A stretch of 49,012 bases of DNA from Macrostomum lignano (lineage: Eukaryota), in NCBI GenBank assembly GCA_002269645.1, contig NIVC01001543.1, positions 1 to 49,012 on the forward strand, written 5' to 3'. Both the position numbers and the translations under genes were made by a program. This document shows positions 44,016-49,012 of this stretch, piece after piece. The notes beneath the pieces were generated by a model that did not search any database, was not told the origin of the DNA, and worked only from the letters and a program-made list of their open reading frames with translations. Position 1 is the first letter of the stretch. Every line of letters starts with the position of its first letter.

Positions 44016-45559
44016 TTCATTTTATATAGGCTTACTTAAACTTTAGAACTTAGAAATTAGACTAGTCAGTCATAGGCCTATAATTTGAAATTAAATTTAA
44101 GATATCTTACGACTATAAAAGTATAGCTTAGGTCAGGTCAGGATAATGAAACAAGGCAATTTGTAAATTGTAGACCCATTAGGCCTAGGGCCTAGCTAGG
44201 TTTTGTATGTAGTATATAAGCACTCTAAATTTTGAAATCACACCCTAAAATTGAAAAAGTATATGTGGTTTATTTTAGTTGCAGTCTCATAACATAAACT
44301 GTTTTTCCTTTTAAGCCTCATTTTCACTAGGCCTATCTTAAAAAAAAATTAGAAAAAAGAGAAATTGCACTCTGAGCCTTAAAATTGCACCTTAAAATTA
44401 GGCACAAGGTGCAATTTTACACCTTGTCTATAGTGACAAAAAACCCAGCCCATTAGGCCTACTTAGGTCTAACTGCAGTGCTATTGGTCTAAAGCTTAGG
44501 CCCCTATGCCTCTAACCCCCTAATTAATAATTATAAAGTTTATTAGGCCTAAAGAATAAAAAGACAAAAGCCAGGGCAGGCATAAAAGTGACTGTCACTA
44601 GGCCTAAACTATCACCAAAATAACTGGTTCTCGGCCAAGCTATGCCCCTAGCCTAAGCCTACCATGAAATGAAGCAAAAATTAATGTCAACATTGTCAAC
44701 TACAATTAGACTTGGTTGGTTTATAGAAAATCCTCAAGATGCAACTCTTAGCCAACCCAAAACCCAATACCAAAGCAGATACAATTGTTGCATGTTTTTT
44801 AGCTTTGATTTTATAGGCCCCACCTAGGCCCTAGGCTTAACAATTTTCTACAAAACAACCAGAGCAAAACTGGCTAGTAGTTAGTAGTTGCTGAGATTGT
44901 GCTCAGTGCTCATGCTCATGAGCGTTTGAGCGTCATGCATAAGAAAATATTTGAAGCTTTCGATCATTCAAAAAATTGCTCAATAGGCATTCTACTTTGC
45001 CTCCTAAGTAGTTTAATATGATTATACTGAGTCGGCTACTGGGTAAGCTATTCCTTGCTGCCGTGAGTGCCGCCTAATTTGAGTTGACTAGTAGTAGTAG
45101 TAGTAAGAGAATTTGGCTCAGGCAATTAGCCTGTTTGGCCAATATATTATAGAGCTATGTATTTGGAAAAATTTTCGAAATAGAAGTTTATAAAGACGAT
45201 TTGCCGAGACGAGTTAAAGACGAGTTATTGTAAAAGATAAAGTATTTGAAAGCGCGCCAGAATTTTTACGGTATTTTTGGACGAAAAGTGACGACTAACA
45301 ACTAACAACGAGTATAAATATTAATACAAAAATGAGTACAAATTACGAGGTATAGCTTTAATTGCGAGATTACTTTGGTAAGCGAGTTTGTAAAAAAAGG
45401 ATGTAGTATTTTTGAAAGCGCGTGATATTTCAAAGCGTGAAAAACGAACATAAACAATACTTCGAAAGAACTTTACGAATAACGACGATTTAAATAGGGA
45501 ATTAAAAGACAGTAAATGAATAAACAACTGAAAAGCGGATTTGTTACACTGCTAATGTA

Positions 45560-48500
45560 TCTGATTCAGTTTGTTTAACTGTTTTAGCTATTCATGACTT
45601 CATATATTTTAGCTACACCAGTGAGTTCTTTTCTGATTCTTTTTTCATTTGTAGCATATCCTATCTTGTGTATTTGATTGCTATTTAAGAGGTATTGACA
45701 GAAGTATTTTTTCCTGATCTCTTCAGTTTGTGGACATTCGGTCAAGTAGTGTAGAATGTCAGAACCATTTCGCGCTCCACATATTTTACATGGTTCTTGA
45801 GAAAAAAAGTTGGGTGTAATCTCGCATTTCAGTTTTAGGAGGGTTGTTAAGAATTTTTTGTTTCTAAATGTACATGGAAAGTAATCTGAAAGGTCGGGCC
45901 TGCAGATTTTTTTGTAGAGATAGGCGTTTTTGTAGAGTTTAATATGTTGCTGATTCTCTAGCTTTTGGCTAAGTTCTCTTTCTCTGTGTATCTTGAGGTG
46001 CTTTTTCACTAGGTATTTCTCGTTATTAAAGCTTTGGGAAAGTTTATCTTCAGTTAGTGCTTTTAGGTCTATACTTTCTAGTTTCTTTAGTACATTCATT
46101 TTCCATGGATTTTTTTGGCCGGTGCTTGAGTAGAAAATTTCTAGAGTCGTTTGGCAGAGTTTTTTGTGTCTAATCTTCAGCCAGTAGATGAGGTAGGTTT
46201 TAGCGATTCGTTGAGAGATTGGAGTAAGCTCAAGTTCTGATGATATCACACTGTTGCTAGCAAATTTTGGTAGATTGAGGAGATATTTGTAGAATTTCAG
46301 CTGAATATTATCAATAGCTTTTGTATCAGACATGGTAGCCAGAGGGCACCAGAGCTCACAACCGTAAGTGATAACGGGGATAACAAGCGCGTTGAATAGT
46401 CTGCGAATGAGTGTGATGTCTAGGGACGTATTCTTTACCCTATGGAGTAGGGAAAACATGGCTGTATATCCCTGCTTAGTTTGGTGTTCAATACATTTTT
46501 AAAGCTGTTTTTTGGTTCAAAAATAATTCCCAGGTATTTAAATTCATTTACTTCTTCTATTTCTTGATTGTCGTAGTATATTTTTGTAGCAATGCTTTCT
46601 GTGTCGTTTTTTTGTCTGGTATTGCCCTGCATAAACTTTGTTTTGCTTGCGTTTACTTTCAAGTAATTTTGTTTGCAGTAATTTTCCATAGTCGTAAATG
46701 TGTCTTGAAGTTCGTCTTTGTTTTTAGCTAGAATGGCTTGATCGTCTGCAAAGAGTAGGATGAGTGGGAAAGCAGATCTCGTAAGAGAGCGCCTAGCGCT
46801 AGAGAGTTCAAGATATTCAACAATGTCGTCAATATATAGTTCAAAAAGAATGGTAGAGAGAGGGTTGCCTTGAAGAACACCTTTAGATATTGGGATTGGC
46901 TGGGTTTCATCATCATCATCATCATCTTTTTTAGAATGAAGCAGGCATTTTTATGCATGTTCTTGATAAGTTCCATCATTTGACCTTTAATACCCTGATT
47001 ATCCGTTTTGCACCAAAGGGTCGGTTGATTTAAGCTATCGAAGGCTTTTTCATAGTCAACAAATCCAATAAAGAGTTCTTCTTTGTTGTAGATGGATTGG
47101 TTTATAATGTTGTAAAGATTAAAACATTGGTCGATTGTGCTGTGATTGGGCTTGAAACCGTATTGGTATTTTGATATAAGATTGTTTGCGTATGCTAGGT
47201 TTTCGAGTCTGGATTTAATAATTTGGCAAAAGAGCTTGCCAAGAATTGGTTGAATGCAGATTCCTCTGTAATTGTTGGGGTCGGCACTGCTGCCTTTGTT
47301 TTTATAAATCGGATGAAGTGTATTTGTTATCCAACTAGTTGGGAAGGTTCCTTGTTTGAGTGCTTCGTTGAAAAGTGAGCATAGGAGGTCAGCAAGTTCG
47401 TTCTCGAGGTATTTGAGTGTTTCTACATATACTTTATCGTGCCCAGGTGCTTTGTCGGTTTTGAGCTTTTTAATATGTTTTATAACTTCTTCTTTGGTGA
47501 ATGGGGCATTGAAATCCTCTAAATCAGCCAGAATAGGGTTGTCAAGGTGAAGATTGTATGAAAGTCTAATGCTGCTGTCTTGTTCAGTTACAAGATTTTG
47601 AAAGTGTATGACAAATTTTTCATCAATTGTTACTCTGTTGTTTGAGGGATTTGGTGTTTTTAATAAGTTCCAAAGTTGTTTTGTATCGTTTTGAATAAAG
47701 GCCTGGTTGATCATGTTGTCTGCACAGAGAGTTGTTTCAAATTTCCATGAAGTGAGCTTTTTTTCGTATGCTTTTTTGAGTTGTACTTTGCTTGAGAGGT
47801 TGTTGGGAGTAGGGAAGGTTTTATATCTTCTGCAGGCATGTCTAGCAGCGTTTCTTAAATCTTTAAGGAAGCGAGGCAGTGTTGAGCATAGTGGGTTCTT
47901 TATCTCTACTGTGATGTTGTTTTGAATTTGTCTAACTTTTCTACTTAATTCATTTATAAAAGCTGGGTTTTGTATGTCTAGATTTGTGATTTTGTCATTC
48001 ATGTTTTTCAGGTCATTTGCGAAGTTATTGATATGTTTTTCTTGTTGCAGGTTGGGTTTATGTGACTTTTTTAGGACTCTGTATCTCGTTTTCGAGTTAT
48101 TGGTTGCTTGTTTAGTTTCTGTGATTTCCTCTGTGAATTCACTTGATAGGGAGAGCACTATTTGGTTGTGGTCGCTAAAGTAGGTGTGGTTCTTTACTTT
48201 AAAGTCTTCGAGGTGTTGGAGTAAGCTGGTAGAGACAAAACAGAGATCTATAACAGAGGAACCAGATTTTGAGAGAAAGGTGAATTCACCATTTGTGTCT
48301 GATAGTGATCTACCATTGATTAGATGCAGGTTGTATGAGTCAGTAATCTGGTTACGTAGTCTACCATTTTTGCAGTTTTTCTTGTCTTGGCTTTGTCTAG
48401 TAAGTGAGATGTTTTTTGCTCTGGTGGTATATATTGAATTTAAATCTATGTAGGAGGTATTATTTATATGAGCGTTGAAGTCTCCAATAAGGAAGATGTT

Positions 48501-48850
48501 TTCTTCGGAGTGGTAAGCATCTAGGAGAATTGTTAGCTGTTCCCAATTTTCTTCTTCATAATATTTTGAAGACAGTGGGGGTATATAGGAGTTTATTAAG
48601 GTGAAGTTTTTGTTTTATACTTTTTGTGTTTAAAATTTAGCGTCAAGAAGTTTTTATAATGTTTGAATGATTCTGTAACATTGTATTGTGTATCTAGTGA
48701 CTTTTAGTAAGCTGTCAATAATCCACCAGATGCTCTGCCAATGAATTTACAGCCTTTTTTGTTTGCAGGCTTTCGGTATGTTATGTAGTTTTCAGACAGG
48801 TTGTTGATTTTGAGTCGCTTGTTTTCATTTTTTTGTGTCTATTATCCAAG
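45560..48850 (-). mobile_element. Decayed LINE ORF2 (APE endonuclease + reverse transcriptase + C-terminal CCHC), probably CR1 group (Daphne/Crack/L2-like)
   Basis: APE motifs GRASGG, LINSYIPP, IGDFNAH, SVIDLCF, SDH. RT motifs KAPGHD, NYRGI, YQYGFKP..STID, FVDYEKAFDS, GVLQGNPLS, LFADD, FKYLG. C-terminal CKICG...HYLTECP. There is an in-frame stop and frameshifts near 48600, 46930 and 46470. The clade call is tentative. Confidence 0.9.
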
Positions 48851-49012
48851 TTTCTTGAAGGCAGAGAATATTATTGCCGGGGCTGTTGCCCCCAGGACCC
48901 CGGGTCCTGCACGTAATGGCGTGGTGAACTATCTGTGCAGTATGAGACTGGTATGGCCTTTATCCCAGCCAGCGATGCTCACACCTGCCTCCCCTGGCGG
49001 GCTGATAGCTCA

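Noticed and set aside
46903-46926. Poly-Met tract in the LINE ORF
   Set aside because: A (GAT)n microsatellite read out of frame after an A-run frameshift; the proper RT frame reads poly-Asp.
48855-49012. GC-rich segment at the window end as LINE 5' UTR or a new element
   Set aside because: Truncated by the window edge; too little sequence to classify.

Overview
Eukaryotic (metazoan) genomic window. GC-rich exons with minisatellite-packed introns suggest a Macrostomum-type flatworm, but this is an inference only. On the + strand there is a two-exon GADD45GIP1/CRIF1 (mitoribosomal mL64) gene. On the - strand there is a run of six co-oriented genes: stand-alone SCP2, THOC5, POLD1 (9 exons, about 1113 aa), an EGF-domain single-pass membrane protein, pescadillo (PES1) and a 98-aa orphan secreted peptide. 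Five of the seven genes have an AG acceptor 2-61 nt before the ATG, and POLD1 has an ambiguous AG/Inr site; this fits SL trans-splicing and possibly operons. Most introns and spacers carry their own tandem repeat, often with a 23-24 or 47 bp period, including a ~6.7 kb purine/pyrimidine array in POLD1 intron 4. The right-hand 10 kb is transposon-rich: a 64-bp orphan 28S rDNA fragment altered at the R2/I-PpoI cut site, an internally deleted Chapaev element, a Merlin MITE-like derivative and a decayed LINE. A tRNA-headed SINE sits in the peptide gene's intron. All gene models were built by hand from splice consensus and recalled protein-family motifs; no database searches were run.
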